From NCBI GenBank assembly GCA_030704615.1, contig CM060733.1, forward strand, positions 2,542,001-2,606,000: a stretch of DNA of 64,000 nt. Direction: 5' to 3'. A model generated the notes under the pieces. That model worked only from the letters and a program-made list of their open reading frames with translations, was not told the origin of the DNA and did not search any database. Each line of letters begins with the position of its first letter. The stretch's first letter is position 1. Of this stretch, positions 63,401 to 64,000 are shown in pieces. The stretch is from Takakia lepidozioides. Taxonomy: Eukaryota; Plantae; Bryophyta. The translations under genes and the position numbers were made by a program.

Positions 63401-63884
63401 ACAAATCCAATGCCTGGACTTGCCTTGATCCACATAGCAGAAACAGAAAAGGAGAAGAGAGGACAAAACCACAGAATGTGAGATGCTTGGGAGGACATAA
63501 GAGGACCCCAACCTTGGCACACAGAGATGCACAGTTCTTCCCAAAATCCAATATCTTCTTGCGGAGCAGATCAACCCTTTCCAAAGTCTGCACAAAGCCA
63601 TTAAGAATCCAAAGTGGGTAGTTGGAATGGTGATTGTGAAATTATTGCCTTAATAGTTTCAATGTATATACCCACAAGAGTAGAAAATATCAAAAACGAT
63701 AGCGTTGACTCGACAGTTTGAGATTATGGACGATCAGAGGCTTATGGCCAATGGACAGCTGCAAATGTACCTCTTCATACTTGCCTGGCCCAAGAGTAAG
63801 CTCAAGGAGAGAGTGCTCATAAGGATGCAGCTGAAACCTCTGTGGAAATTTCTGGATGTATGTTCTTAGTGGCATTGACAACTC
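60449..63884 (-). CDS. 3' ten exons of a NOG1-like OBG-family GTPase (probably the organellar PDE318/At1g80770 type); 5' end lies beyond the window
   Basis: Exons 63884-63771, 63587-63513, 63332-63294, 63182-63111, 62333-62220, 61888-61817, 61574-61538, 61321-61209, 60978-60787 and 60595-60449 are in phase. Motifs LHPYE, G1 GAPNVGKS, G2 YPFTT, G3 DTPG, ERNSME, G4 SKSD. Confidence 0.9.
62425..62785 (-). mobile_element. Degenerate LINE fragment in an intron of the GTPase gene
   Basis: EDNIHFLIQC..LEAEP.AQ.L and the cccttcacacaagcatcaa motif shared with 2970-3260. Confidence 0.75.
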
Positions 63885-64000
63885 CTGCATATTTCACATA
63901 CAACTATTACTTTGCATGCATGGCATAAGACTTCTGACCCACAGTGCCAGGCCCTCGCTTCAACACTTACACTCAAGAGTTCCAAGGGTTCCACACCCAG

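Overview
Eukaryotic nuclear DNA from a land plant, most likely a non-seed plant (inferred from the PLS-type PPR remnant and the TE families). Four intron-containing host genes can be spliced from the sequence: the 3' end of a BAH/TFIIS-M gene like AIPP3 (+), a complete 11-exon ARP-type AP endonuclease (-), an SRA/YDG-only protein (-) and the 3' part of a NOG1-like GTPase (-). There are also SIP aquaporin and PPR pseudogenes. The rest is a TE-rich stretch: LINE fragments, a four-level nest (LTR in LTR, then a chromovirus, then a hAT), a Copia with a hAT MITE, a solo LTR inside a long inverted repeat, and CACTA-like remnants. The standout is a 7.25 kb Ty3/gypsy-type element at 44039-51292 with a 4-bp TSD (ACCT). 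It encodes a DNMT3-like C5 cytosine methyltransferase between protease and integrase and a PHD finger at the integrase C-terminus. Instead of two ordinary LTRs it has a split-direct-repeat layout, A1-internal-B1-A2-B2, whose internal CA-gc-TG junction reproduces the element's own joined ends. All protein identifications are from recalled motifs, not database searches.
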